From an uncultured Gaiellaceae bacterium (GTDB lineage Bacteria > Actinomycetota > Thermoleophilia > Gaiellales > Gaiellaceae), in the NCBI GenBank assembly GCA_963811885.1, contig CAWETB010000015.1, forward strand, positions 550,122-614,121: a stretch of 64,000 bases of DNA, written 5' to 3'. This document shows, piece after piece, positions 11,440 through 23,933 of the stretch; position 1 is the stretch's first letter; each line of letters begins with the position of its first letter. The notes beneath the pieces are model-generated. The model did no database searches. It saw only the letters and a program-made list of their open reading frames with translations, and was not told the origin of the DNA. Both the position numbers and the translations under genes were made by a program.

Positions 11440-12167
11440 GCCGCGTCGGCCGCGAAGATCTTCTTCGCCGTCACGAAGACGCCCTGCGCCTTGACGGCGG
11501 CCGGCAGCCGCACGCGGTTGCCGTTGCGGCGGATCAGCACGTTCTGGGGCGATTCGAGCCGGACCCAGAGCACCTGGCCGTCGAACCGCTGCTTCTGGCC
11601 GCGTTCGAGCGTCCCCTGGTAGAGGATCTTGCCGAGGGCGCTGCTCTTCTTGACGAGCAGGTAGGAGTCGCCGCGCGTCGCGCGGAGCTCGAGCCGGGCC
11701 GTGCCGGCCGCCTGTGGCAGCTGCGCCGCCGGACGCTGTGCGGTCGTCGACGTCCTCAGTCCGTGCACGGGCTCGTCCTCGGGGCTGCCGAAGCGCCACG
11801 CGACGATCACGAGCGCCGTCACGAGCGCGATCGCGGTCAGCGCGAAGACGACGATGCTCGACTCACGCCGGTCGGAGCGCCTCGCCTTGGCCGCGGGGAC
11901 GCGGCGGGCGCGAACGGGCGCCTCCTCCTCCCCGACGACGAAGCGGGAGTTGTACTCGTCGACGTAGAGCTGGCCGTCGAGCCCGAGGTAGTCGGCGTAC
12001 GAGCGCAGAAAACCCTTGATGTAGGTGTGCGAGGGCAGCAGCTCGAAGCGCTCTTCCTCGAGCGCGCGCAGGTACTTCCCCCGGATCTTGGTGCCGTGCT
12101 CGGCGTCGACGAACTCGATGTGGCGGCGGAGGCGGGCCTCGCGCAGGCTGTTGCCGATCTCGAACAC
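11436..12167 (-). CDS. rodZ: RodZ-like cytoskeleton protein (HTH plus TM plus DUF4115)
   Basis: N-terminal HTH FEIGNSLREARLRRHIEFVDAEHGTKIRGKYLRALEEERFELLP, HTYIKGFLRSYADYLGLD, a single TM, and a C-terminal beta domain. Confidence 0.8.
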   Translation of the reverse strand: MFEIGNSLREARLRRHIEFVDAEHGTKIRGKYLRALEEERFELLPSHTYIKGFLRSYADYLGLDGQLYVDEYNSRFVVGEEEAPVRARRVPAAKARRSDRRESSIVVFALTAIALVTALVIVAWRFGSPEDEPVHGLRTSTTAQRPAAQLPQAAGTARLELRATRGDSYLLVKKSSALGKILYQGTLERGQKQRFDGQVLWVRLESPQNVLIRRNGNRVRLPAAVKAQGVFVTAKKIFAADAA

Positions 12168-12216
12168 TGGGGCATGGTAGCCGCCCTGTCAGCCAGCGCC
12201 TAGTGTGCGCTCCGGA

Positions 12217-12564
12217 TCAGGTCTCGAAGACGGAGAGGATCCAGTAGACGGCGAGCGAGCCGGCCGCGGTGAGGGCGAGCAGGAACCCGAACAGGCCGAG
12301 GAAGCGGCCGAGCCGGGCCGTCCTCGACCCCCTCGGATGCCCCAGGGTCGGCGCCAGCCGCGAGCGAGCGCGCCGTGCGAGTGCGACCGCGAGCAGGCCG
12401 AGCGCGGCTCCGACAGGGATCGCGAAGCCGGCCTGCATCAGCTCGTACTGCTCCGACCAGCGCGTGGCGAGGATCGCAACGGGCATCGTCGCGACGGAGA
12501 GCAGCCCGACGAGAACGGAAGCACGCGCGCTGCCCGGGCGCGGAGGCCCGCCGTTGGAGCTCAC
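12217..12564 (-). CDS. small hypothetical membrane protein (about 115 aa, 3 predicted TM helices)
   Basis: GTG 12562-12564 overlaps the restored permease stop TGA 12561-12563 (GTGA). Hydrophobic segments VLVGLLSVATMPVAIL, AIPVGAALGLLAVAL and FLGLFGFLLALTAAGSLAVYWIL. Confidence 0.5.
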   Translation of the reverse strand: MSSNGGPPRPGSARASVLVGLLSVATMPVAILATRWSEQYELMQAGFAIPVGAALGLLAVALARRARSRLAPTLGHPRGSRTARLGRFLGLFGFLLALTAAGSLAVYWILSVFET

Positions 12565-13761
12565 TGTTTCTTGTAGGGACGGCCAACGGCCGCCGGCGGA
12601 ATCGAGCGGCCGATGACGCCGGCGACCGCGATCAGCGTGAGCACGTACGGCAGCGCCTGGAAGAGCACCGCCGCCGATTCCGAGTAGGCGGGCAGGCGCT
12701 GCGCGAGCGCGCTCGAGAAGCCGAACAGGAGCGCCGCCGCCGCCGCGCCCCACGGACGCCAGTTGCCGAAGATGACCGCCGCGAGGGCGATGAAGCCCTT
12801 TCCCGACCGTCATGTTCTGGTTGAAGGAGTTGACGAACCCGATCGAGAGGTACGCGCCGCCGAGCGCCGCGAGGATCCCGGAGAGGATGACCGCCGCGTA
12901 GCGCGTCTTGTAGACGGAGATCCCGACCGTGTCGGCCGCGCGCGGATGCTCGCCGACCGCCCGGATGCGGAGGCCGACGGGCGTCTTGAAGAGCACGATC
13001 CAGGTGGCGACGATCGTCAGCAACGCGAGCCAGATCATCAGGTTGAGATTGCCGAGCACGGGCCCGATGAAGGTCCAGTCCTCGAGGAAGGACAGGTGCA
13101 CGTTCGGGATCCCGGGGATGTCCGGCGGCGTCCCTTCGCCGCCGTAGATGTCGACGAAGAGGTAGCCGGTGATCCCGAGCGCCAGGAAGTTGATCGCGGT
13201 GCCGCCGACGATCTGGTCGGCGCGAAGCTGGATCGCGAAGTAGGCGTGGATGAGCGCGAACGCCGCGCCCGAGACGGCCGCGCAGAGCAGGCCGAGCTCC
13301 CAGGAGTTGAACTTGTCGGCGCCGAGGATCCCGAAGAAGGCGCCGGAGAGCATCATCCCCTCGAGGCCGATGTTCACGACGCCGCTGCGCTCGGAGAAGA
13401 TGCCGCCCATCGCGGCGAAGGCGAGCGGCGTCGCGTAGCGGAGCATCGCGGCCGTGAGCGCCGACCAGACGATCACCTGGTCGAGGTGGCCCTCGCTCGA
13501 ACGGGTGGCGAGGTAGCCGAGCCCGATCCCGAGGACGCTGATCACGATCGCGAACCAGGCGAGCCGGCGGGCGTTGCCGCGGATCAGCACGTTGATGCCG
13601 CAGGTGATCCCGAACAACCCGATCACGGGCGGGATCCACTCGGTGCGCACCTTGAGCGGCGGCAGCGCGACCCAGAATGCGATCAGCCCGAAGGCGATGC
13701 CGATCCACGCGAGCACACGGTCGCTGCTCGGCCGGCGTGCGTTGCTGACCCAGCGGATCAT
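12561..13761 (-). CDS. ABC transporter permease, BMP/nucleoside-type (NupQ/YufQ-like; one frameshift at 12796-12798)
   Basis: MIRWVSNARR...NIGLEGMMLSGAFFG...RIRAVGEHPRAADTVGISV...NQNMTVGKG, then after removing one G of a GGG run FIALAAVIFGNWRPWGAAAAALLFGFSSALAQRL...GRPYKKQ*. ATGA overlap with the upstream permease. Confidence 0.88.
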
Positions 13762-15071
13762 TCTGCCGGTGCCGCCTCGGCTTGCTGCCGTTTTCGCCGC
13801 TTCCGGAGGCCGAACAGCGAGAGAATGAGCACGTCGGCGCCGACGAAGAGCACGACGAGACCCTGGATCATCACGGTCAGGTTCGACGCCAGCTCGGGCC
13901 GGAAGATCTCCGGGTCGAGGTTCCGCGTCGAGGTCCCGGTCACGAGCGAGGCGAAGAGGAGCGCCGAGAGCGCCGATCCCGATCGCCTTGTTGCGCCCGA
14001 GCAGCGCCACCGCGATCCCGACGAAGGCGATCTGCGACGAGATCATCACGTCGTTCGTGTTGATCCGGTAGGCCCAGCCAAGGGTGTCGATCGCGCCCGC
14101 GAGGCCGGCGAACGTGCCCGAGATCGCCATCGCGAGGAAGTAGTTCCGCGCGACCGAGATGCCGCCGTACCTGGCGGCCTCGGGGCTGTAGCCGACCGCC
14201 CTGACCTCGTAGCCGAGCGTCGTCCGGTTGAGCGTGATCCAGTAGACGACGAGGGCGATGAGCGCGACGAAGAAGCCGACGTGCAGCGCCTGCAGGAACG
14301 GGTCGCCCCAGAAGATCGGCAGCTTCGCCCCTTCGACGACGTCGTTCGAGACCGGCACGAAGGGCTGCGTGTCGTTCTGGAGCGGTCCTCCGAGCCCGAA
14401 CAGGAAGACGCCGATCCAGATCGCGATCCAGTTGAGCATGATCGTCGAGATCACCTCGTGCGTTCCCACGATCGCCTTGAGGAAGCCGGCGATCCCGGCC
14501 CAGACCGCGCCCATGAGCGCGCCCGCGATCACCGCGAAGAGGACGTGGACGACGCTCGGGAGGCCGGGCAGCTCCGAGCCGATCCAGACGGCCATGATCG
14601 CGCCGCCGAGGTACTGGCCCTGGCCGCCGATGTTGAACATCCCGCACCGGAACGCGAAGCCGACCGCGAGGCCGGTCAGCACGAGCGGGACGAAGTTGAT
14701 CAGCGTCTGCTGCAGGTTGAACGCGGCGGTCGACTCGATGTCGTTGACGTTCCACGGGAACCAGACGTGCGCGTCCGTGAGCGGGACGCGGATCTCGTAC
14801 GAGCCGACCTCGGTGAACCAGTTCAGCCCGGCGCCGTCGAAGATCGCCTTGTAGGTGCTGATCGGGTTGCTGCCGGTCGTGATCAGGACGACCACGCCTC
14901 CGATCAGGAAGGCGAGGAAGACGGTGAGGATCGGGACGACGATCCCCCCGGCCTTCTGGGCGAGCGCGTAGCGCGTCGCGAAGCTCTGCTTGTCGCCGCC
15001 CTCCGGCGGCTCGGTCGTCCCCAGGTGCGGAGGCGGTCCGAGCGGCGTCTGCTCCGGGCCGGGCGCGTCGC

Positions 15072-15075
<4 letters not shown>
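13758..15075 (-). CDS. ABC transporter permease, BMP/nucleoside-type (NupP/YufP-like; one frameshift near 13970-13975)
   Basis: MSDAPGPEQ...FRCGMFNIGGQGQYLGGAI...EVRAVGYSPEAARYGGISV...LLGRNKAIGI, then the frame of ORF 13758..13943 (TSTRNLDPEIFRPELASNLTVMIQGLVVLFVGADVL). ATGA overlaps at both ends. Confidence 0.88.
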
Positions 15076-16598
<1,523 letters not shown>

Positions 16599-16641
16599 CC
16601 GCGGCGATCCTACTGTGCCGGGGCGGCTGCCCTAAACGGAA

Positions 16642-17715
16642 CTAGCCTTTGACGGTCGTCGGGATGTTCGAGATCGTGCCGTCCGCGATCTCCATCTGGA
16701 CGCGCTTGACCTCGGCGACGGCCGTCCGGGGCACCGTCGGCGAGATCACGCCGATGCCGACCGCGCCCGAGGCGACGTCGAAGATCGTGTCCTCGCCGCC
16801 GCTGAAGCCGCCGTCGACGACCTCCTGCACCGTCTGGAAGACGGCCTCGTCCACCTTCTTCAGCGCGCTCGTGGCGACGTGCTCGCCGAGGAACGCCTGG
16901 TCGGCGTCGACGCCGATCCCGCGGACGTTCTTCTCCTTCGCGGCCGAGAGGGCGCCGAGCCCGCACTGGCCCGCGACCTGGAAGATCACGTGCGCGCCCC
17001 GGGCGATCTGGTCGAGCGCGAGCTCCTTGCACTTCGCCTGGTCGACGAAGTCCTGCGAGTACGAGTTCAGGGTCGTGATCCCCGGATTCGCCTTCTTCGC
17101 GCCCGCCTGGTAGCCCGCGATGTAGCGGTCGACGGGCGGGATCTTCTGACCCCCGACCGAGCCGATCACCTGCTTCGCGCCCGCCTCGTCCTTCGCGAGC
17201 AACCCGGCCAGGTAGCCGACGAGGTAGCCGGCCTCCTGCTCCTTGAAGAGCAGGCCGCGGACGTTCTTCGGCTTCGTCGTCATGTCCGCCTGCGAGTAGT
17301 CGATGATCGCGAAGTTCGTGTCGGGGTAGCGAGCCGCCACCTTCTCGAGCGCCGACGCCATCAGGAAGCCGACCGCGATCACGAGGTCGTAGTCCTGCTT
17401 CGCGAGCGTCGTCAGGTTCGGGACGTAGTCCGTGTCCGACTTCGAGACGACGACGCGGCCCGTGACGCCCAGCTCGCGCTCGGCGCGCTGGAGCCCCTTG
17501 TTGGCGAGGAAGTTGAACGAGCGGTCGTCGAGGCCGCCGATGTCGGTGACGAGGCCGATCTTGATCCCCTCCCCGGCCGACCCGCCGCCGCCGGTCGTCG
17601 CCGCCGTCGTCTCGGGCGCGGTCGTCGCGCCGCCGGACGTCTCGTCGTCGCCGCCGCCGCAGGCTCCGAGCAGCAGCAGGAGCACGAGCAGCGGCAGCAG
17701 CCGGGCGAGCCTCAT
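16642..17715 (-). CDS. BMP family (PnrA/Med-like) substrate-binding lipoprotein
   Basis: Lipobox LLLLGAC, then IGLVTDIGGLDDRSFNFLANKG, PPVDRYIAGYQAGAK, QVAGQCGLG. Confidence 0.93.
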   Translation of the reverse strand: MRLARLLPLLVLLLLLGACGGGDDETSGGATTAPETTAATTGGGGSAGEGIKIGLVTDIGGLDDRSFNFLANKGLQRAERELGVTGRVVVSKSDTDYVPNLTTLAKQDYDLVIAVGFLMASALEKVAARYPDTNFAIIDYSQADMTTKPKNVRGLLFKEQEAGYLVGYLAGLLAKDEAGAKQVIGSVGGQKIPPVDRYIAGYQAGAKKANPGITTLNSYSQDFVDQAKCKELALDQIARGAHVIFQVAGQCGLGALSAAKEKNVRGIGVDADQAFLGEHVATSALKKVDEAVFQTVQEVVDGGFSGGEDTIFDVASGAVGIGVISPTVPRTAVAEVKRVQMEIADGTISNIPTTVKG

Positions 17716-17730
17716 GCCGACAGTAGTACC

Positions 17731-17762
17731 GGAAGGGGCGGGATCGAAACCCCGCCCCTTCC
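17731..17762 (-). terminator. perfect 12-bp GC-rich intercistronic hairpin between the two BMP paralogs
   Basis: ggaaggggcggg (17731-17742) pairs with cccgccccttcc (17751-17762) around an 8-nt loop. No clear U-tract. Confidence 0.6.
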
Positions 17763-17779
17763 GTGGAACCGCGTCGCGC

Positions 17780-18844
17780 CTAGCCCGTGGTAGCGGGCGG
17801 GGCCTGCGGGATGTTCTTGATCTTGCCCGAGGCGATCAGCTTCTGGACCGCCTGGACCTGCTTCACCAGGTCCGGCGAGATCCGGGACGAGACCTTCCCG
17901 TACCCGACACCGCCGTTGGCGACCGTGAAGATGGCGTTGAAGTTCGTGCGGAACAACGCCTTGGTCTTCCTCGCCGCGTCGATGGTCTGGTAGACCGCGA
18001 CGTCGACCTTCTTCGTGGCACTCGTCATCACGTGCGAGCCGAGGTAGCCCTGGTCGGCGTCGACGCCGATGCCGAAGACACCGCGCTCCTTCGCCGCCGA
18101 GAGGACGCCGAGACCGCACTGGCCGGCGACCTGGAAGACGACGCCTGCGCCGTTGGCGATCTGGTTCAGCGCCTGCTCCTTGCACTTCGCCTGGTCGACG
18201 AAGTCCTGCGAGTAGGAGTGCGTGACCGTCACCTTCGAGCTGGCCCGCTTCGCACCCGCGTAGTAGCCCGCGATGAAGCGGTCCACCGGCGGGATCTTGA
18301 GGCCGCCGACAGCGCCGAGCTTGGTCTGGCCCTCGAACGGATGGGCGACGATCTGCTTCGCGGCGAGGAACCCGACGAGGTAGCCGGCCTCCTGCTCCTT
18401 GAAGAGAATGCCGCGGACGTTCGTCGGCTTGCCCTTGAGCTCAGCCGCGACACCGCTGTTGTCGATGATCGCGAACTTCGTCTTCGGGAAGCGCTTGGCA
18501 ACCTGCGCGACCGCGTCGGCCATCAGGAAGCCGACGCCGATCACGAGCCCGCTCCCGTTCCGCGCAGCGCGGGTCAGGTTGGGGACGTAGTCGCTGCCGG
18601 ACTTCGAGATGAAGACCGTGCCGTCGACCCCGAGCTTCTTCTTCGCAACGTTGAGACCCTTGTTCGCGAGGAAGTTGAACGAGCGGTCGTCGAGACCGCC
18701 GATGTCGGTCACGAGCGCGACCTTGTACTTTGCCGGCGCCGCCTGGACGTCGGACTTCGCGGCACCCGTGCCGGCGCCGAGCGCCAACACCAGGACCGCA
18801 ATCAGCGCCACCGCTGCGAGCGGCATGAACGTACGTACTTTCAC
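17780..18844 (-). CDS. BMP family substrate-binding protein (paralog; non-lipoprotein signal peptide)
   Basis: VALVTDIGGLDDRSFNFLANKG, PPVDRFIAGYYAGAK, QVAGQCGLG. Roughly 55-60% identical by eye to 16642..17715. AAGGAGGG RBS upstream of the GTG. Confidence 0.93.
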   Translation of the reverse strand: MKVRTFMPLAAVALIAVLVLALGAGTGAAKSDVQAAPAKYKVALVTDIGGLDDRSFNFLANKGLNVAKKKLGVDGTVFISKSGSDYVPNLTRAARNGSGLVIGVGFLMADAVAQVAKRFPKTKFAIIDNSGVAAELKGKPTNVRGILFKEQEAGYLVGFLAAKQIVAHPFEGQTKLGAVGGLKIPPVDRFIAGYYAGAKRASSKVTVTHSYSQDFVDQAKCKEQALNQIANGAGVVFQVAGQCGLGVLSAAKERGVFGIGVDADQGYLGSHVMTSATKKVDVAVYQTIDAARKTKALFRTNFNAIFTVANGGVGYGKVSSRISPDLVKQVQAVQKLIASGKIKNIPQAPPATTG

Positions 18845-18941
18845 TTACCCTCCTTAGAAGACACATCCACCGCCAAACTTCGACGCTTGATTAGACCCTA
18901 AGTTGGGCGAAATTGAAAGTCTTTACTTGTTTCGGAGCCGT

Positions 18942-21120
18942 CTACGGAGCGGCCGAGACGAAGCGCTCGAGCTCGGCTTCGTCGACGAGCACGCGCCTCG
19001 GCTTCGAGCCTTCGTACCCCGAGATGATCCCGCGCCGCTCGAGCATGTCGATCAGCCGGCCGGCCCGTGTGTAGCCGACCCGTAGTCGCCGCTGGAGCAG
19101 GCTGACCGACGCGGTCTGCGTCTGGACGACGATCTCGATCGCCTTGTCGAGCAGCGGATCCTCATCGGGGTCGAAGTCGCCATCGTGGTCGTCCGAGTCC
19201 TCGACCGCGCCTTCCGGAAGCTCGAGCAGCGTCTCGTCGAGGTCCTGCTCGCGCTGATGGCGGCACTGCTCGACGACGAGCGACACCTCCTCCTCGGAGA
19301 CGTAGGCGCCCTGGACGCGCTGGAGGCGGCTCGTGCCGAGCGGCTTGAAGAGCATGTCGCCCTGGCCGAGCAGGCTCTCGGCGCCGGCGCCGTCGAGGAT
19401 CACACGCGAGTCGGTCTGGCTCGAGACCGCGAATGCGATCCGGCTGGGCACGTTCGCCTTGATCATCCCGGTGATCACGTCCACCGACGGCCGCTGCGTC
19501 GCGAGCACGAGGTGGATGCCGACGGCGCGCGACTTCTGCGCCAGGCGGATGATCGCGTCCTCCACCGCCTGCGGGCTGATCATCATCAGGTCGGCGAGCT
19601 CGTCGATCACGACCAGCAGGTACGGCAGCGTCTCCTCGCCGCGCGCCTTGAAGGCGCGGTTCGCCTCGGGCAGGTTGCGGGCGCGGACGATCGAGAGGCG
19701 CTCGTAGCGGCGCTCCATCTCGGCGACGACGTTCGTGAGGACCGTGCTCGCCTCCTTCGGGCTCGAGACGACCGGCGTCAGCAGGTGCGGGATCGACTCG
19801 TAGTAGTTGAGCTCGATCCGCTTCGGGTCGATCAGGATCATCCGCACGTCGTCCGGGGTCGAGCGGAGCAGGATCGACGTCAGGATCGTGTTGATGCAGC
19901 CCGACTTGCCGGAGCCGGTGGTGCCGGCGATCAGGATGTGCGGCATCCGCGCCAGGTCGGCCCAGACGGCGACGCCGGAGATGTCCTTGCCGAGCCAGAC
20001 GGCGAGCGGGCTCGCGCTCGAGGGCAGGTCGTCGTAGATGTCGCCGAGCGTGACGATCTTCGGCGCCAGGTTCGGCACCTCGACGCCGACGGCCTGCTTG
20101 CCGGGGATCGGCGCCAGGATCCGGATCTCGGTCGTCGCGAGCGCGTAGGAGAGGTCGTCCTTCAGGGCCGCGACCTTCGACACCTTCGTTCCCGGCGCGA
20201 GCTGCAGCTCGTAGCGGGTCACGCGCGGGCCGGCGATCTGGCCGACGATCGTCGCCTCGACGCCGAAATGCGCGAGCGCGGTCACGAGCGTGTCGGCCGT
20301 GCGCTGGTCGGCGCCCTTCGTGCTCGACGCCGCCGGCGGCGAGACCTTGAGGACGGCGCGGTCCGGCAGCACGTACGCCCCCTCCGGCGCGCGGGACGTC
20401 GAAGAGCGCCGTCTGCTCCTCGGTCTCGTCGTCGGAATCGACGAGCAGCGGCGGCGGCTCGGACAGCCCCTCGGAGACGACGTCGGGGTAGTCGTGGACG
20501 ACATCGATCGGCGGCTCGTGCTGCGCGAGCACGGGCGGCGGCGCGAGCACCTCGTCGCGCTTCGGCCGGTCCGGCCGCGCGACGGCACGACGGACCGCGT
20601 GATGCGAACGGCGGAGGACGGCGCCGTAGGAGGCGCCGGAAAGCATGAGCGCGCCCGCGAGCAGCGCTGTCAGGCCGAGCAGGACGGAGCCCGTGCCGCC
20701 GAGCAGCTTGGCGACCCCGCCCCCGAGAGCGCTGCCGACGGCGCCACCCTGGTCGCCGCCGAGCGTGACCATCAGCCCGATCGTCGTGATCACGAGGCCG
20801 GTGCGGAACGGGTTCACGTCGAGCAGGGCGCTCCGGAAGAGCATCAGGCCGCCGACGACGACGAGCGCGAGCGGCGCGGCGTACGCGGCCGACCCGATCA
20901 CGTCCCGGAGGCCCGACTCGATCTTCTCGCCGGCGACGCCTCCCTCCCAGCCGAGATAGAGCAGCGACGCGAGGAAGAGCCCGATCGCGACGAGCCCGAG
21001 CCCGATCAGCTCCGGATGCTCGTGCGCAGCACGGGCTCTCGCCTTCTTCTTCGTCGTCCGTTTCTTCACGCGCGAGGGCGTGCGCGGCCGCAGCGGCCGC
21101 TTCTTCTTCCTGGCTGCCAT
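18942..21120 (-). CDS. ftsK: DNA translocase FtsK (one frameshift near 20390-20397)
   Basis: N-terminal basic tail plus 4 TM helices in ORF 19162..21120. Motor domain GTTGSGKSGCINT, VVIDELADLMM and the winged-helix gamma domain SVSLLQRRLRVGYTRAGRLIDMLE in ORF 18942..20588. Junction reads ...EEQTALFDV-RAPEGAYVLPD. Confidence 0.95.
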
Positions 21121-21162
21121 GGAGGCGCGTTCGACGCGCCGGAAAGCCCTTTCGTCGCCCGT

Positions 21163-21446
21163 CTACGCCGGGGCTGGGATCGTCTCGTGCTTGACGCGGT
21201 CGAAGCAAGCCTCGTGGCAGGCGTACTCCGTCTCGCGCGGCAACTTCGACACGAGAACGCGGTACGCGTCCTCCGCATCGGGCCGATCCACCGGCGCACA
21301 CGAAGCAGGGGCCGCCGCGCGCGAGAGGCGATCCCCAGCCGGTCCGGGATGTCCGGCGCCGGGATCGGCAGACCTCCGGACAGCCAGTGTGCAAGTGCAC
21401 CGGCGGGCGGCGAGAACGACGCCCGTCCCCATTGCGGACCGATCAC
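21163..21446 (-). CDS. small hypothetical Cys-containing protein, translationally coupled to the GMC dehydrogenase (frame broken once or twice)
   Basis: GTG 21444-21446 overlaps the restored GMC stop TGA 21443-21445. Reads VIGPQWGRASFSPPAGALAHWLSGGLPIPAPDIPDRLGIASRA..., ending ...DRPDAEDAYRVLVSKLPRETEYACHEACFDRVKHETIPAPA* (frame of ORF 21163..21432). An intermediate frame gives GGPCFVCAG. Confidence 0.35.
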
Positions 21447-23140
21447 TTGAAGGTCTTCACCACGTGGTCTGCGGTACGCCAGGCCGTCGCCGGGAACGAC
21501 TGGGGCGGGTTCCGGCCCGCCGAGCTCGGGAAGGTCGACCCGCAGAGCATGCCGAAGTATCGGCGCCTCGTGCGACATGCCCCAACGGTTGACGACGTTG
21601 ATGTTCGGGTCGTCGCCCATTCTCGTTCCGCCAAAGGCATGTGTGCTCAGCGAGCGAGCGCCCGGTGCAGCGGTCCAGACCTCGGCGGCGCCGGCGGCCT
21701 TGAGCCACTCGACCATCTTCTTCTGGACGTAGTCGGACAGCCGCCGCTCGTTGTCGTGGAAGTCGTTCGTGATCCGGATCACCGGTCGGCCGAGCGGGTC
21801 CCTCACGCCCGGGTCCAGGTCGAGGTAGTTGTCCACGTAGGACAGCACCTCGAGCTGCGCCCCGACCCCGGCCACGGAGTCGGCGTTCTCCTTGAGCCAC
21901 GCCTTCCAGCCCGACCCCCAGCGCGGAACGCTCGGCGGGGTCGAGTTCGCGGTGCCGATCGGCTTCCCCTCCATCGTCGCACTGGCCATGCCGCCACCGA
22001 CGAACCCGAGGCCGGTGTGGTCGAAGTTGTCGGCGTCGAGGTCGTCGACCGCCGAGAACTGGCCAAGCGTGCCGCTGTAACGGTTCAGCCGCTTGCCCGG
22101 GAACCAGCCCGTTGCGCCCGCCGAACCGAGGCCGTGGGCGATGTAGTGCTTGCCGACCTGACCGTGATTGTTCGAAAGCCCGTTGGGAAAGGCCTTCGAG
22201 GTCGACAGGAGCAGCAGGCGGACGTTCCCGTAGGTGTACCCGGCGAGCAGCACGACCTTTGCGGGCTGGAAGTACTCGCGATTTCCTTTCAGGTAGAGCA
22301 CGCCCGATGCTAGGCCTTGGGCGTTGACCTCGACGGTAAGGGCATCAGCCATCGGAACGATCGTGAGGTTCTTCGTCTTCTCGGCCTGCGGGATGTAGTC
22401 GACGTTCGTCTGCACCTTCGCGTCCGTGTAGCAACCGGTCCAGCCGCAGAAGCCGCAGTACGTGCAGCCGGCCTTGCCGTGATACGTCTTCGAACGGATG
22501 CCCGCCGGGCCCGGATATGGCTTCCACCCCACCGACTTGGCCGCGGCGTCGATCATGTCCGTGAAACCTGACCTGCGGAGCGCCGGCAGCGGATATGGGC
22601 GCCGACGCGGTCCCTCGAAGACGTTGCCCTCGTGGGTCGATCTGTCCGCGGAGGTTGCCGTGCTGGCCCGAGACCCCGGCGAAGTACTCGTGCTTGTCGT
22701 AGTACGGCTCGAGCTCGGCGTAGTCGAACGGCCAGTCGATCGAGGTCGAGTCCGTCGGGATCGCGTCGGCCCGTAGCGCTTCCGCGACTACGACGACGAG
22801 CTTGAAGTTCACGGCGAGGAACGCCAGCCTGCGTCATCCAGTGGATCGACGTCCCGCCGACCGCGTTCATCATCGGCGCGATCGCGCCGAGCGGGCGAGT
22901 CGTTGCCACGCTCGCGTACGGACGACACGTCGGGACCTCCAGGTTCGCCTTAAGCGCAGCCACGAGTCACGGATGTCGTTCCTGACCTCGTCGAACGGGT
23001 AATCCTTGACGGTTGCACGTGGCCCGGCCTCGATGGCCACGACCTTCATGCCCGCGTTCGCGAGCGGCCAGACCGCCGTGCCGCCGGCCGCTCCGCGTGC
23101 CGACAACGACGAAGTCGACCGGAGAAAGCATCTCGGGCAT
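21443..23140 (-). pseudogene. GMC family FAD-dependent oxidoreductase (gluconate 2-dehydrogenase flavoprotein-like), at least 5 frameshifts
   Basis: MPEMLSPVDFVVVGT-GAAGGTAVWPLANAGMKVVAIEAG (FAD fold), MMNAVGGTSIHW, DWPFDYAELEPYYDKHEYFAGVSG, KAGCTYCGFCGWTGC, THAFGGTRMGDDP, GSTFPSSAGRNP...AWRTADHVVKTFK*. Fragments lie in ORFs 22967..23665, 22870..23334, 22553..22963, 22345..22812, 21066..22556 and 21443..21640. Shifts near 23093-98, 22958-63, 22822-30, 22627-29 and 21553-60. Confidence 0.85.
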
Positions 23141-23153
23141 GTCAGTTTCCCCC

Positions 23154-23823
23154 TTATGGCCTGAGAAGAGCGGGATCGAGTACGCCGACTTGAGGCTTGC
23201 CCTCGGAACGACGTTGAGCCGCTGGTCGGCGGCGCTGATGACGAGCCGGGGACCTGGGAAGCGCACGAGCTTCCAGCCCACGAAGCCGACGTTCCCGCCG
23301 TGCTCCGGATCTCCGAACATGCCCTGCATGGCATGCGTTCGGATCATCTCGAACACGGCCTTCGCGTTCGGCACGAACCCACCGGTCGTCGCGCGGCTGA
23401 GATCCATGTCGGTCAGGATCGCGTCCTGCTTGTCCGCGGCGAGCGCGGTGAAGTCGGCGCCGAACTTCGACTGGGAGTACGAGTTGATCGCCGTTACCGC
23501 GGCGACGTACGCCGGCCGGAACGCTCTCAGATCGCCGGCCAGCGCCCGGTCGATGTAGCGCACCACATTTGCCTCTTTCGCTCCGGGCCCGCTTGCATCT
23601 GTTGGGATCAGGCGTTCGCAGACGGCGGCAATGGTCCCGGCATCCCCCGGGGAGAGAGCCTTCATCTGCCGGAGCTCGGCAAGCTCCGCCTTGGCGAGCG
23701 CGGTGTCAGGACAGCGAGCGCTGCCGGTACAGCGGCAGCGGCGGCGAGCGCGCCGGCACGCTTCAACAGTTCGCTACGGGAGAGCTGTCTGGAGGGTGCC
23801 TTTTCCTCCCCTGAACAGTCCAT
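23154..23823 (-). pseudogene. gluconate 2-dehydrogenase subunit 3 family protein (Tat signal; frameshift near 23698-23704 and probably another near the 3' end)
   Basis: GGAGGA RBS plus ATG 23823. MDCSGEEKAPSRQLSRSELLKRAGALAAAAAVPAALAV is a Tat-like leader. After a 1-nt deletion it continues ALAKAELAELRQMKALSPGDAGTIAAVCERLIPTD...MQGMFGDPEHGGNVGFVGWKLVRFPG. The listed frame reads straight into the GMC ATG. A TAA (23154-23156) followed by GGGGGA and 7 nt before the ATG exists in the adjacent frame. Confidence 0.75.
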
Positions 23824-23933
23824 ACATCCTCCGATCAGAACGGATACTGCGGAGATTCCGACCCTAGACCATTAGGTAGGCGTTCTGCAATAGTTTGGAC
23901 GATCCGTCCAGCAAACTAGAAAAGGGGTGACCA
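23824..23933. promoter_or_regulatory. divergent, comparatively AT-rich intergenic region between the dehydrogenase operon and the cupredoxin gene
   Basis: 110 bp with locally lower GC (…cattaggtaggcgttctgcaatagtttggacgatccgtccagcaaactagaaaagggg…) between two divergent starts. No hexamers assigned with confidence. Confidence 0.4.
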
